Of a DNA stretch of 64,000 bases, positions 36,679 to 46,370 are shown in pieces; within the stretch, counting starts at the first letter, position 1; every line of letters begins with the position of its first letter. The notes under the pieces were generated by a model. It ran no database searches, was not told where the DNA came from, and saw only the letters and a list, made by a program, of their open reading frames with translations. Source of the DNA: an uncultured Clostridia bacterium (GTDB lineage Bacteria; Bacillota; Clostridia; Christensenellales; UBA1242); NCBI GenBank assembly GCA_944372465.1, contig CALVZG010000031.1:3410-67409 (forward strand). Direction: 5' to 3'. The translations under genes and the position numbers were made by a program.

Positions 36679-39600
36679 ATGAAATATTTAGAAAAAGAAT
36701 TATCCAAAATCTTAAAAAATAAAAATATATCAGAACTAGGCGATGGAGAAAAAATAATGCTTTTAACTCAATTTAATCGCCTGATTTTTTTATGCAATAA
36801 TTTTGTTAGTGCAGGTAAGATTAAAAGAGGGCTTGAAAGTTTTGGGAAGAAAGTAGAAATAATTTCAAACGCAAGAGAAAGCGAAGATGAAAATGATAAA
36901 AATTTACTTCCTTTTGTTGATGGCATAAACAAATATCTGGCAGGAGAAATTGATGCTCTTATATTTTTACCATGTTCAATGATTATAAAGTTTGATTTGT
37001 CAAAGTTTTGCCCAATAAAAATAGAAAAAGATAAAAATTATAATATAGAAGAGTTGACAACTAAACTTGTTGAATATGGTTTTCAACGAACAAGTCTTGT
37101 AGAAGAAGTTGGACAATTTGCTTTGCGTGGAGATATTTTAGATATTTTTTCTTCTTCAAATAAAAATCCATATAGAATAGAATTTTTTGATGATTTAGTA
37201 GAAAGTATCAGCACATTTGACCATACTACCATGAAAAATATTGAAAAACTAGAATCAGCGACAATAGCACTTTCAAAATTGCCATTAGGACAAAATAATG
37301 TTTTTGATTTAAATGGCGATAAAATTATAGACGAACCCAAAAAGATAGAAGAAGAAATAACGCTTTTAAAACAAAGTTATAGTTCAATGTCTTTTTATAA
37401 CTATAAAAATTATGAAGATTTTGAAAATTTATTTTCTAAAGCAAACTATATCTTTGATAATTTTATGATAACTAAACCTGACTATTATAATGAAAGAGTT
37501 GCAGAAAGAAGTTATTTAACTGATTTTTTAGCATTAAAACAAGATATAATAGATTTTAAGAATTTAAATCAAGGTATAATTTTGTTTGCAGGAGAAAAAA
37601 GATTTAAAAAAAATTTATCAGATTTTTTAACTGAAAACGGCTTTTCATATTTTGATTATGATGGACAAAAGATAGAAAAAAGAAATATATACTTGTCCGA
37701 ACTTGCAATGCCAAATTCTTTTTCTTTTTTAAGAGAAGGGGTAATAGGAATAGGTTGTGATAGTTTGTTTAGAATGCCAAACACTTCATTTTCAAGAAGT
37801 AGGCACTCAGTTTTTTATCTTCCAAAATTAGGGGACTATGTAGTGCACTCTTTTCATGGTATAGGCAAATGTATTAAGATAGAAAGATTAAAAATTTCAG
37901 ATGTAGAAAAAGATTATTTTGTAATTGAATACAAAAATGGAGATATTCTTTATCTTCCTAGCGAAGAGGCCAATACTATTTCAGCATATATAGGAGGTGA
38001 AGAACAACCAAAACTATCATCATTAGGTGGCGGAGAGTTTAATAGACTTAAAGAAAGAGTTCGTGCAAGCATAAAAGAAATGGCTATAAGCCTAGTAGAA
38101 ATTTACAAAGAAAGACAAACTTTAAAAGGATTTAAGTTTAAGCGAGATGATTATTTAGAAAAACAATTTGCAGATGCTTTTGGTTATCAAGAAACACCAG
38201 ACCAATTAAAAGCAATAAGTGATGTAGATAAGGATATGGAAAGTGATAAAGTTATGGATAGACTTATCTGTGGAGATGTCGGATTTGGAAAGACTGAAGT
38301 AGCATTAAGAGCAAGTTTTAAATGTATCTATAACGGCAAACAAGTAAGCCTACTTTGTCCAACCACAATACTTTCTCAACAGCATTATATCACAGCAAAA
38401 GAGCGACTAGAGCCATTTGGTATACATGTCGAAGTAATAAATAGATTTAAAAGTCCAAAACAAGTTCAAGATATAATAAGGCGTTGTGAAGATGGCGAAA
38501 TAGATATGTTAATAGGGACTCATAAAATATTAAATAGTGAAGTAAAATATCATGATTTAGGACTATTAATTTTAGACGAAGAACAAAGGTTCGGCGTAGA
38601 ACATAAAGAAAAAATAAAAGATAGCAACAGAAATGTAGATGTTTTGACACTTTCTGCCACACCTATACCAAGAACATTAAATATGTCTCTTTCAGGAATA
38701 AGAGATATTTCAGTCATATCAACACCTCCTCGTGATCGTCTGCCAATTCAAACATATGTTACAGAAGAAAATGACCAACTTATTAAAGATGTTATAAATA
38801 GAGAATTAGCGAGAAAAGGACAAATATTCGTTGTTTATAATAGAGTGGAATCTATTGAGGAATTTGCAAGTCATATAAGGAAATTAGTTCCAAATGCTAA
38901 TGTAGGGGTCGCACATGGACAAATGAATGAAAAATTGCTAGAAAATGTGATAGATAGACTTTATAATGGTGTATATAATGTTTTAGTAGCAACAACATTG
39001 ATAGAAAATGGAATAAATCTTCCTTTAGCAAACACAATGATAGTGATAGAAGCAGACAGGCTGGGATTAAGTCAACTTTATCAATTAAGGGGAAGAATAG
39101 GAAGAAGTGATAGATTAAGTTATGCGTATTTAACTTATACTAAAGATAAACACATGACAGATGATGCATATAAAAGGTTAGAAGCGATAAAAGAGTTCAG
39201 TCAACTTGGAAGTGGCTTTAAAATAGCGATGCGAGATCTTGAGTTAAGGGGAGCAGGAAACATATTTGGCAAAGAACAACATGGGCACATAGCGAAAGTG
39301 GGATATGATATGTTTGTAAAACTTTTAGATGAGGAAGTTAAGGATATAAAAGGTGAAAAGATATTAAAAAGAAGTGATGTAAAACTAGAAATAGCGTTAA
39401 GTGCATTTATAAGTGAAGATTATATAGAAGATAACGAGCAAAGAATAGCATATTATACACAAATTAGCGAAATTACTTCAAAAGAACAACTTGCAAGCAT
39501 ATTACAAAGTTTAAAAGATGGTTACGGCCAAGTTCCTAAAGAGGTTGAAAATTTAGCAAAACTTGCATATTTAAGGAATTTAGCAAGTGAATTTGGAGTG

Positions 39601-39813
39601 CAAAAAATAAGAATAAATAAATATGAAAATATTGTATTTTTAGAGAAAAAAGAGGAAATAATTGATAAAAGGCTTGCTTTAGTTTTAGAAAAATTTGATG
39701 GAAAACTCACTTTTGATAGTAATATAAAAATAAAATTTGTCTTGCAAAAAACTATTATAGAAAGTGTAATAAAGATGATTGAATTTTTTGAAAAAGCAAA
39801 ATTTAGTAATTAA
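36679..39813 (+). CDS. mfd: transcription-repair coupling factor
   Basis: About 1044 aa (the track starts at GTG 36673). CarD-like segment YVVHSFHGIGK. SF2 motifs GDVGFGKTEVALRA, LILDEEQRFGV, TATPIPRTL and QLRGRIGRS. Confidence 0.95.
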   Translation: MKYLEKELSKILKNKNISELGDGEKIMLLTQFNRLIFLCNNFVSAGKIKRGLESFGKKVEIISNARESEDENDKNLLPFVDGINKYLAGEIDALIFLPCSMIIKFDLSKFCPIKIEKDKNYNIEELTTKLVEYGFQRTSLVEEVGQFALRGDILDIFSSSNKNPYRIEFFDDLVESISTFDHTTMKNIEKLESATIALSKLPLGQNNVFDLNGDKIIDEPKKIEEEITLLKQSYSSMSFYNYKNYEDFENLFSKANYIFDNFMITKPDYYNERVAERSYLTDFLALKQDIIDFKNLNQGIILFAGEKRFKKNLSDFLTENGFSYFDYDGQKIEKRNIYLSELAMPNSFSFLREGVIGIGCDSLFRMPNTSFSRSRHSVFYLPKLGDYVVHSFHGIGKCIKIERLKISDVEKDYFVIEYKNGDILYLPSEEANTISAYIGGEEQPKLSSLGGGEFNRLKERVRASIKEMAISLVEIYKERQTLKGFKFKRDDYLEKQFADAFGYQETPDQLKAISDVDKDMESDKVMDRLICGDVGFGKTEVALRASFKCIYNGKQVSLLCPTTILSQQHYITAKERLEPFGIHVEVINRFKSPKQVQDIIRRCEDGEIDMLIGTHKILNSEVKYHDLGLLILDEEQRFGVEHKEKIKDSNRNVDVLTLSATPIPRTLNMSLSGIRDISVISTPPRDRLPIQTYVTEENDQLIKDVINRELARKGQIFVVYNRVESIEEFASHIRKLVPNANVGVAHGQMNEKLLENVIDRLYNGVYNVLVATTLIENGINLPLANTMIVIEADRLGLSQLYQLRGRIGRSDRLSYAYLTYTKDKHMTDDAYKRLEAIKEFSQLGSGFKIAMRDLELRGAGNIFGKEQHGHIAKVGYDMFVKLLDEEVKDIKGEKILKRSDVKLEIALSAFISEDYIEDNEQRIAYYTQISEITSKEQLASILQSLKDGYGQVPKEVENLAKLAYLRNLASEFGVQKIRINKYENIVFLEKKEEIIDKRLALVLEKFDGKLTFDSNIKIKFVLQKTIIESVIKMIEFFEKAKFSN

Positions 39814-39935
39814 ACTAAAGAATGAAAGTCAATAAAAATAACAAAAAATGAAAAAATCTTATAAAATGTTTTAATTTGCTTGAAATTTTGTGCGACAATA
39901 TGTTAATATTTATAGTGATTATTATTGGAGATAAA

Positions 39936-41687
39936 ATGAAGAAGAAATTTACTGGATTTTTATTGAGTTTTTGTTTACTTTGCATGGGATTACTTGCAGG
40001 GTGCTCTTTGGTTGAAACAAATTACGGCAAGTATTATAATCAAGTAGTTGCGGTAGTTGAAAATAAAACAACAGGTCAAAAGGCAGAGATTACTAAAAGC
40101 GATTTGATATCAAGTTATCAAAGTTATGGTTATACTTATGAGCAATACAATGGTTATACAAGAGAAGAGGCAATACAACTTTCACTTGAACTTTTAGAAA
40201 ATAGAAAGATAACTCTTTTAACTGCAGAAAACGAGTTTGGTATAAACCAAGACGGAACAGGTCTTACAACAAAAGAAAAAACCTACCTCTATCAACAAGT
40301 GGTAGACTCTTTAGATAGCAACTTACAATCTTACTATGATGATATAGTAGGAACTGAAGATGAAGAAGAAAGTAGTGATGACATAACATTTGATGGTTAC
40401 ACAAAGAATGCAGTTATAAAAGAAAGTGTTGATAAAAATGGAAATACAATATATGTTATAGAAAGAACAAATGTTGAAGATGAACTTTTAGGCGACTTTT
40501 TCCCAACGGTAAACAGAGATTTTAATAATAGTGATGATAGAAATTTAATATATGAAAACTTTAGAGATTATGTATTAAACAATAATGATAATTATAAAAA
40601 AGCATTTAATAATTATTTTAATGATTTAAAAGCATCAGAATATGGTCAAAATCTATCAACAGATGCACCAAGTGTTTTTGATAGAGAGATAGATAGACTA
40701 TATAAAGTAGCATATGAAAATTATGTTGTAGAAAAATATTCTTATTCAAACAGAAATCTGGATAGTATATCATCAATCACTTCTTCACAAATTGTAGATT
40801 TATATACAAGCAAAGTAAGACAATCTTACACTCAATATGTTCTCGAAAAAGATACAAATTATGAAACGAATGTTCAAGAAAGTTTAAATGATGTTTATTA
40901 TTTTAAAAGCGGAGATAATGAAACAAAATTCTTTACTGTAGCAAATGTTCTATTCATGTTTAATGATGAGCAACAAGCAGAATATGACGCTCTTACAGCA
41001 AAGATAGAGGCAGATGACGGCGGGTATTATAGCGGACAATATCAAAAAGAATTAGATAAATTGTATGAATCAATAGAACCTGTAGTAAGAGTTTATAATG
41101 AAAATACAGGAATCTATGAAGAATTAGAAGATACAAATGGTCTTACTGTCGATGATATATACAATAGAATTGCTCTTTCATTAAGATCGGCACAAACAAC
41201 TGAAAACATAAATTATATAGGTGATACAATCAACGATTTTATCTACGAATATAATGAGGATACAGGTATGTTTAATGCAGAGTCAAACTATGTAATAGGA
41301 ATTGACTCTGAAGGTAATGCAGTTTCAAGTTTTGTAGAACCATTTAATGATGCTGCAATAGAATTATATAATAATGGAAATGCTGAAATAGGTGATATTT
41401 CAGGGCTAGTAAGAACAGAATATGGGATTCATATATTGATATATACAGGCGAATGCAAGAACCTATTTGACGGAATAAATAGTTCATTCTCGTTAAGCAG
41501 TGATGCTATAGAAACATTGTATAATACTAGAGTAAATTTACTTGTTGATAAAACATATTTTGATGTTTTATATGATGAGATTTATAGTGATAACTATAGT
41601 TATTTTGAATCATCAAACTTAAATTTCTTGCGTGAAAGTTATAATATTTCTGAATATAGTAGTAGATATTCTGACCTTTATAATTAA
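39936..41687 (+). CDS. PrsA/SurA-like peptidyl-prolyl isomerase lipoprotein (unusually long)
   Basis: I prefer the ATG at 39936 after GGAG (MKKKFTGFLLSFCLLCMGLLAGCS, lipobox LLAGC). About 583 aa. There is a parvulin-like segment near the C-terminus (GLVRTEYGIHILIYTG). Sits in the position downstream of mfd. Confidence 0.6.
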   Translation: MKKKFTGFLLSFCLLCMGLLAGCSLVETNYGKYYNQVVAVVENKTTGQKAEITKSDLISSYQSYGYTYEQYNGYTREEAIQLSLELLENRKITLLTAENEFGINQDGTGLTTKEKTYLYQQVVDSLDSNLQSYYDDIVGTEDEEESSDDITFDGYTKNAVIKESVDKNGNTIYVIERTNVEDELLGDFFPTVNRDFNNSDDRNLIYENFRDYVLNNNDNYKKAFNNYFNDLKASEYGQNLSTDAPSVFDREIDRLYKVAYENYVVEKYSYSNRNLDSISSITSSQIVDLYTSKVRQSYTQYVLEKDTNYETNVQESLNDVYYFKSGDNETKFFTVANVLFMFNDEQQAEYDALTAKIEADDGGYYSGQYQKELDKLYESIEPVVRVYNENTGIYEELEDTNGLTVDDIYNRIALSLRSAQTTENINYIGDTINDFIYEYNEDTGMFNAESNYVIGIDSEGNAVSSFVEPFNDAAIELYNNGNAEIGDISGLVRTEYGIHILIYTGECKNLFDGINSSFSLSSDAIETLYNTRVNLLVDKTYFDVLYDEIYSDNYSYFESSNLNFLRESYNISEYSSRYSDLYN

Positions 41688-41718
41688 GAATAATTATTAT
41701 AAGATAAAACAAAATAAA

Positions 41719-41754
41719 AAAGATACCAGCACTTGACAGGAGGTATCTTTTTTT
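41719..41754 (+). terminator. rho-independent terminator after the prsA-like gene
   Basis: 9-bp stem AAAGATACC / GGTATCTTT with 14-nt loop, followed by a T-run. Confidence 0.65.
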
Positions 41755-41768
41755 GATAGTATATATAC

Positions 41769-43346
41769 ATGAAAAATAAAAAGGGACAAAATACAAATAA
41801 AGATTCTTCAATTAAAAGTGAGGAAACTTTTTTTGTACAATCAAATATTGATGACCTTTTAACAAATGATAGCACTGAAGTAAATAAAAACTCTTTACAA
41901 AATAAACAAGAAGACAAAAAAAATAGCAATCAAAATAAAGAAAAAATAGAATTTTCTACAGAGAAAGATAAAAACACCAACAATAAAAATATAGAAGAAG
42001 ATAAAAATATTATTAATAATCAAACAATAGAGGGAATAGAAAAATTCTCTCAAATTAAGGACGACAACATTGAAAATAGTAATAAATATGATGAAGATAA
42101 TAATCAGAATATTGATAGCGAAAATTCATATGCTGACCAAAAGAAAAAATTAGACGAAGCAGAGCAATCAGTATCAAAGCATAACAGCAAAAAAAGTAAA
42201 ATAATAAGTTTAGTATTTTTTATTGTAAATATTTTTGTAGTTGCAGGAATTTTAGCATATCAATTTACTAGAGAAGAGATTGCACCAATAGAGGGCTTAC
42301 GGTTAGACATCTCATATATATTTATTGTTATATTATTTTTTTGTTTAGTACAATTTTTTGAAACATTAGCATTAGGATATTTAGTAAAACAATCAACAGG
42401 GAAGTGGAGGTTAGGACTTTCTTATAAAGTGGTAGAAATAGGAAGATATTATGATAATGTAACACCGCTTTCTTCAGGAGGACAACCTTTTCAAATTTCT
42501 TACATGAAATCAAGAGGAATGCCTCTTCACACTTCGCTGTCAATTCCACTTGCTAAATATGTTTTTCATCAAATGGCATGGGTTGTTTTAAGTTTAATTT
42601 GCCTTATTATATCATCAACAAACAATAATTTTAGCAAATTCACATCAATAACTAGTATTTTAGGGTTTATTTTAGGAGCAATTATTCTTTTTGTTACAAT
42701 ATTTCTTTCAATCTGTAAAAGTCTTGGGAAAAAGATAGTAGTAAAAGTATTAAAACTTCTCCATAAGATGAAAATAGTAAAAAATTATGACAAGCAATAT
42801 GAAAAAATTTCTAAATATATAAGCGACTTTCAAGATGTAATGAAACAATATGCAAAATCTCCAAAAGATTTTATAGTCATGTTTTTTACTTGCTTTATAA
42901 AGTTAACATGCAATTATTGTATGCCATTTTTTATAGTAAAATTATTTATGCCAGGTCTAGAAGGAAGCATGTTTTTAAATTTATTTGTTATGTCAATGCT
43001 AGTTGACCTGTCATCATCTTTCTTTCCATTGCCGGGCGGAACGGGAATGAATGAAATTTCATTTACTGCGGCTTTTGCTTCTGTAATAGGTGAGGGCAAT
43101 ATTTTAGTTTGGGTATTGCTAGTGTGGAGATTTTTCTCATATTATATATATCTATTACAAGGGGTTTGTATTTTATCTTATGATATGGCATATGGCAATA
43201 GAAAATATAAATGGCAAGTTAAAAAAGATAAATTAGTAGAAGAAAGTATGATTTTTAAACAAAATCAAATAGACAAATTTAAAGCAGATAGAAATAAAAG
43301 AAGAAAAATAAAGCAAAAAAATGCAAAAATAAAAGAATATTTATAA
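41769..43346 (+). CDS. flippase-like membrane protein (UPF0104 / lysyl-PG-synthase TM-region family) with low-complexity N-terminus
   Basis: 525 aa. The first approx. 140 aa are N/K/E/D-rich. The polytopic core has YYDNVTPLSSGGQPFQISYM and FFPLPGGTGMNE motifs typical of this family. No SD at the annotated start. Confidence 0.65.
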   Translation: MKNKKGQNTNKDSSIKSEETFFVQSNIDDLLTNDSTEVNKNSLQNKQEDKKNSNQNKEKIEFSTEKDKNTNNKNIEEDKNIINNQTIEGIEKFSQIKDDNIENSNKYDEDNNQNIDSENSYADQKKKLDEAEQSVSKHNSKKSKIISLVFFIVNIFVVAGILAYQFTREEIAPIEGLRLDISYIFIVILFFCLVQFFETLALGYLVKQSTGKWRLGLSYKVVEIGRYYDNVTPLSSGGQPFQISYMKSRGMPLHTSLSIPLAKYVFHQMAWVVLSLICLIISSTNNNFSKFTSITSILGFILGAIILFVTIFLSICKSLGKKIVVKVLKLLHKMKIVKNYDKQYEKISKYISDFQDVMKQYAKSPKDFIVMFFTCFIKLTCNYCMPFFIVKLFMPGLEGSMFLNLFVMSMLVDLSSSFFPLPGGTGMNEISFTAAFASVIGEGNILVWVLLVWRFFSYYIYLLQGVCILSYDMAYGNRKYKWQVKKDKLVEESMIFKQNQIDKFKADRNKRRKIKQKNAKIKEYL

Positions 43347-43368
43347 TAAATAAAACCAAAATAAATAT

Positions 43369-43926
43369 ATGAAGATTACAAAGTCAAATTTTGGTTGGAT
43401 GTTTACATGTTTTGGACTATTAGTGCTACTTGGAATAGCAATTTATCTTGGTGCATCAGGGTGGTTTTTCAAGACAGATATATCTTATACAACAGATTTA
43501 GAACTTGGGAAAACTGTATCTACATCTATTAAAAAAAATCAAGCACAATCAATTTCGCTAACTTTTGATGGCTCTTATTTAGCAGGTGAAAGGCTTCCAC
43601 AAATTGTCAGTATAAAAAATAATGATGAAGAAGCAAATATTTATATTCGAGCAAAAGTTTATGTTTATAATGGAGAAAATGTAACTTTAGATATGGATAT
43701 TTTAGAAACAGTAAACTGGGTGTATAATCAAGATGATGGATATTATTATTATAATGATGTTTTAATACCGGGCGATAAAGCCACTTTATGTTCATATGTA
43801 ATTATAGGAGAGAATAGTAATTTTTCAGGACACAAAAAGTATATTTTAACTATTTTATTTGAGGCGTTATCAGAAAATGAATATGTTGTGAATTTATGGG
43901 GAACAAATCCATTACAAAATATTTGA
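43369..43926 (+). CDS. TasA/camelysin-like (SipW-type signal peptide) secreted protein, tentative
   Basis: 185 aa. The N-terminal hydrophobic segment ends ...GASGWFFKTD, like the A-x-F-x-D motif of SipW substrates. Later motifs: NIYIRAKVYVY, WVYNQDDGYYYYNDVLIPGDKAT and LFEALSEN. Judged by resemblance only. Confidence 0.4.
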   Translation: MKITKSNFGWMFTCFGLLVLLGIAIYLGASGWFFKTDISYTTDLELGKTVSTSIKKNQAQSISLTFDGSYLAGERLPQIVSIKNNDEEANIYIRAKVYVYNGENVTLDMDILETVNWVYNQDDGYYYYNDVLIPGDKATLCSYVIIGENSNFSGHKKYILTILFEALSENEYVVNLWGTNPLQNI

Positions 43927-43989
43927 CAAATGTTGAAAAAGAAATTAAAATAGTTTTTAATTAAGAATTATAGATTTTGAGGAGGAAAA

Positions 43990-44439
43990 ATGGACAAAAA
44001 AATTCCACCATTGCCACCAAGACGCCCAATACCACAAAAACCTAATATCATAAAAAATGCAAATTCATCAGGGGAAAACAAAGTAGAGGCAAACCATCAA
44101 ACAAAAATTGCAAACAATCAATCAAAAAGCATAAGTTCAATAAAAGAAGATGCTATCAAAAATCAACAAGAAAACGAGAATATTAAATTACAAGATATAG
44201 CACAAGAGGGAAATTTAAATTCAGAAAATTTAGAAACCACCGAAAAAGAAAATCAAAATAATCAAAGTGTTACAAATAAAGAAGATTTGGGACAAGAACA
44301 ACTTCAAAACATAAAATCAAAAAATAAAAATAGAGAAAATTTTTCGCAAAATATAAAATATAAAACATTATTTTTATCTATTTTATGTGCAATGTGCTTT
44401 GTGGGAGCAATTATAAGTTTTGTTTTTGTTTTGTTATAA
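43990..44439 (+). CDS. hypothetical tail-anchored protein with proline-rich N-terminus
   Basis: 149 aa. GGAGG RBS. Starts MDKKIPPLPPRRPIPQKP, then a N/Q/E/K low-complexity region, then a C-terminal TM LFLSILCAMCFVGAIISFVFVLL. Confidence 0.5.
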   Translation: MDKKIPPLPPRRPIPQKPNIIKNANSSGENKVEANHQTKIANNQSKSISSIKEDAIKNQQENENIKLQDIAQEGNLNSENLETTEKENQNNQSVTNKEDLGQEQLQNIKSKNKNRENFSQNIKYKTLFLSILCAMCFVGAIISFVFVLL

Positions 44440-44494
44440 ATCTTTGATAATATTATAGAATACAAAAAATAATAAAAATTTCGACAATTTAAAA

Positions 44495-44989
44495 ATGATA
44501 ATAAAGGAGAAAAAAGGCAATCATAAATTTATGAAAAAAATGATTGCCTTTTTTGTTTTGATATTTTTATTGATAAGTATAAACATTTTTAAGCAAAATG
44601 ATTTCTCGCCTTTCCTTAATTATTCAAAACTTGTATTAGTATCATCTCAACCATTATTTACTGAACAAGAATATATAAAAAATGGGAATGATTATTATTT
44701 TCAATTTGCCAATAATGAAGCAAGCAAAAATATATTGATGGAAAATCAAAATATAAAAAGTTATATCTTTTATTATGATAAAGATTATAAATTAAAAGAC
44801 TTTATTAAAAGTTTAGACATTATCTATAAAGGGGGACAATTAGCAGATAATAGATATACGATTTACTATGGTTATTATGGAAATTACAAAGATTATAGAA
44901 TAATTGATGGTAAAAAGATAAATTTTCAATTAGTGCATACTTCAGAAGAATGGATTTTAGGATTTCCTTTAATTACAACAGGATATTAA
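44495..44989 (+). CDS. hypothetical secreted or membrane-anchored protein
   Basis: 164 aa. The hydrophobic segment MIAFFVLIFLLISINIF follows an internal Met at 44531, so the start is ambiguous. Confidence 0.4.
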   Translation: MIIKEKKGNHKFMKKMIAFFVLIFLLISINIFKQNDFSPFLNYSKLVLVSSQPLFTEQEYIKNGNDYYFQFANNEASKNILMENQNIKSYIFYYDKDYKLKDFIKSLDIIYKGGQLADNRYTIYYGYYGNYKDYRIIDGKKINFQLVHTSEEWILGFPLITTGY

Positions 44990-45052
44990 TTAAAAAATAA
45001 AAATTAATGTATAAATCAAATTTTTTAGTCAATAAATGTTGTAGGAGGTAAC

Positions 45053-45616
45053 ATGGAAATAGGAAAAGAAAATAAGTTTGTTGAATTTTTAAAGAAGTAT
45101 GGTATTTATGTAGTAGTTGGTGTAGTAGTATTTGCAGTAGCATTGACATTTACATTATTAGCAGCTCTTAATGGAAGTGTTAGGACAGGTGGTGGAACTT
45201 TAGATTTTACTCTACCTATGAATAATGCCACAGTAGTAAAAGACTATTCAGATACCGCTCTTCAAGAAAACTCAACATTAAATCAATGGGAAGCACATCT
45301 TGCAGTTGACTTAACTTCAGAAGATAGTGATGTTTTCGCAGTATATGATGGTACTGTTGCAAGTGTAGGTTATGATTATCTTTCTGGATACACAATAACC
45401 ATATCTCATTCAGACGGATTTTTATCCATCTACTCATCATTAGCAGAAGAAGTTGAAGTAGAAGAAGGAGATAAAGTAGTCGCAGGAGAGAAAATCGGTA
45501 GTGCAAGTGAAAGTGCAGAGGGCGAACTTGATATGGGTGCACATTTACATTTTACATTAATGCTTAATGACGACTATGTAGATCCTAATGATTATTTAAG
45601 TTTGCAATTAAAATAA
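45053..45616 (+). CDS. membrane-anchored M23/LytM peptidase-domain protein, SpoIIQ-like
   Basis: 187 aa. AGGAGG RBS. N-terminal TM. The LytM domain has intact HLAVD (H-x3-D) and HLHF (H-x-H) motifs. It neighbours spoIIID, as spoIIQ does in clostridia. Confidence 0.65.
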   Translation: MEIGKENKFVEFLKKYGIYVVVGVVVFAVALTFTLLAALNGSVRTGGGTLDFTLPMNNATVVKDYSDTALQENSTLNQWEAHLAVDLTSEDSDVFAVYDGTVASVGYDYLSGYTITISHSDGFLSIYSSLAEEVEVEEGDKVVAGEKIGSASESAEGELDMGAHLHFTLMLNDDYVDPNDYLSLQLK

Positions 45617-45629
45617 TCAGCGAAATATA

Positions 45630-45665
45630 ATACGATAATATTAAAAATTATCGTATTTTATTTTG
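45630..45665 (+). terminator. rho-independent terminator
   Basis: 10-bp stem ATACGATAAT / ATTATCGTAT with 7-nt loop, followed by TTTATTTT. Confidence 0.6.
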
Positions 45666-45707
45666 AAAAATTAGATAATTATGGTATACTCACAATGGAG
45701 GTTTATA

Positions 45708-45944
45708 ATGAACACAATCGACAAGGTGAAAAAAATAATCGCTGAGCAATTATGTATATCAATAGATGAAATTTCAGACACTGCAAATGTGGTAGAAGAT
45801 TTGGGGGCCGATTCACTAGATATTGTTGAACTTTTAATGACATTTGAAGAAGAATTTAGTGTTAAAATTCCAGATGAAAAACTTGAAGAATTAAAGACAA
45901 TTCCACAAATTGTAGCAATAATTGATGAATATTCAAAAAAATAA
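45708..45944 (+). CDS. acpP: acyl carrier protein
   Basis: I prefer the ATG at 45708 after GGAG (MNTIDKVKKII...), giving 78 aa. Phosphopantetheine attachment motif DLGADSLDIVEL. Confidence 0.85.
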   Translation: MNTIDKVKKIIAEQLCISIDEISDTANVVEDLGADSLDIVELLMTFEEEFSVKIPDEKLEELKTIPQIVAIIDEYSKK

Positions 45945-45963
45945 ATGAAAAATAAATGAAATA

Positions 45964-46012
45964 AAATAGACTATGTTTAAATGGGAAACCAAACAATCAT
46001 AGTCTATTTTTC
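45964..46012 (+). terminator. rho-independent terminator after acpP
   Basis: 12-bp stem AAATAGACTATG / CATAGTCTATTT, with a T-run starting inside the 3' arm (TTTTTC). Confidence 0.6.
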
Positions 46013-46033
46013 TTTATAATTCTACATAATATG

Positions 46034-46062
46034 ACATAAAAATAATATCTCTTTCATAAGTT
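46034..46062 (+). promoter_or_regulatory. possible sigma-E-type sporulation promoter for spoIIID
   Basis: ACATAAA, 14 nt, then CATAAGTT. This resembles the mother-cell sigma-E pattern (ATA...CATAcanT). spoIIID is sigma-E dependent in Bacillus. Weak evidence in AT-rich DNA. Confidence 0.3.
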
Positions 46063-46080
46063 TATAACATGGAGGGCTTA

Positions 46081-46356
46081 ATGAAAGAGGATTTAGTAGA
46101 GCGTATAATGAATGTTGCAAATCATATTTTAAAAACGCATGACACCATCAGGAAAACGGCAAAGATATATGGATATAGCAAAAGTACAATACATCATGAT
46201 GTTTCAATAAAATTAAAAAATATTGATTTTAATCTTTATCAAAGAACTAAACAAGTACTTGATGAAAATTTTGCAGAAAAACATATAAGAGGAGGGGAAG
46301 CAACTAGAAAGAGATACAAAGAATTAGAAGAAATTGAAGAGGAAAAAAGCGTCTGA
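46081..46356 (+). CDS. spoIIID: sporulation transcriptional regulator SpoIIID
   Basis: I prefer the ATG at 46081 after GGAGGG. About 91 aa. The HTH segment TIRKTAKIYGYSKSTIHHDV and the basic tail IRGGEATRKRYK are characteristic of SpoIIID. Confidence 0.85.
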   Translation: MKEDLVERIMNVANHILKTHDTIRKTAKIYGYSKSTIHHDVSIKLKNIDFNLYQRTKQVLDENFAEKHIRGGEATRKRYKELEEIEEEKSV

Positions 46357-46370
46357 ATCAAGACGCTTTT
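46345..46370. terminator. bidirectional terminator overlapping the spoIIID stop codon
   Basis: 10-bp stem AAAAGCGTCT / AGACGCTTTT. The 6-nt loop GAATCA contains part of the TGA stop. Shared by convergent spoIIID and fba. Confidence 0.6.
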
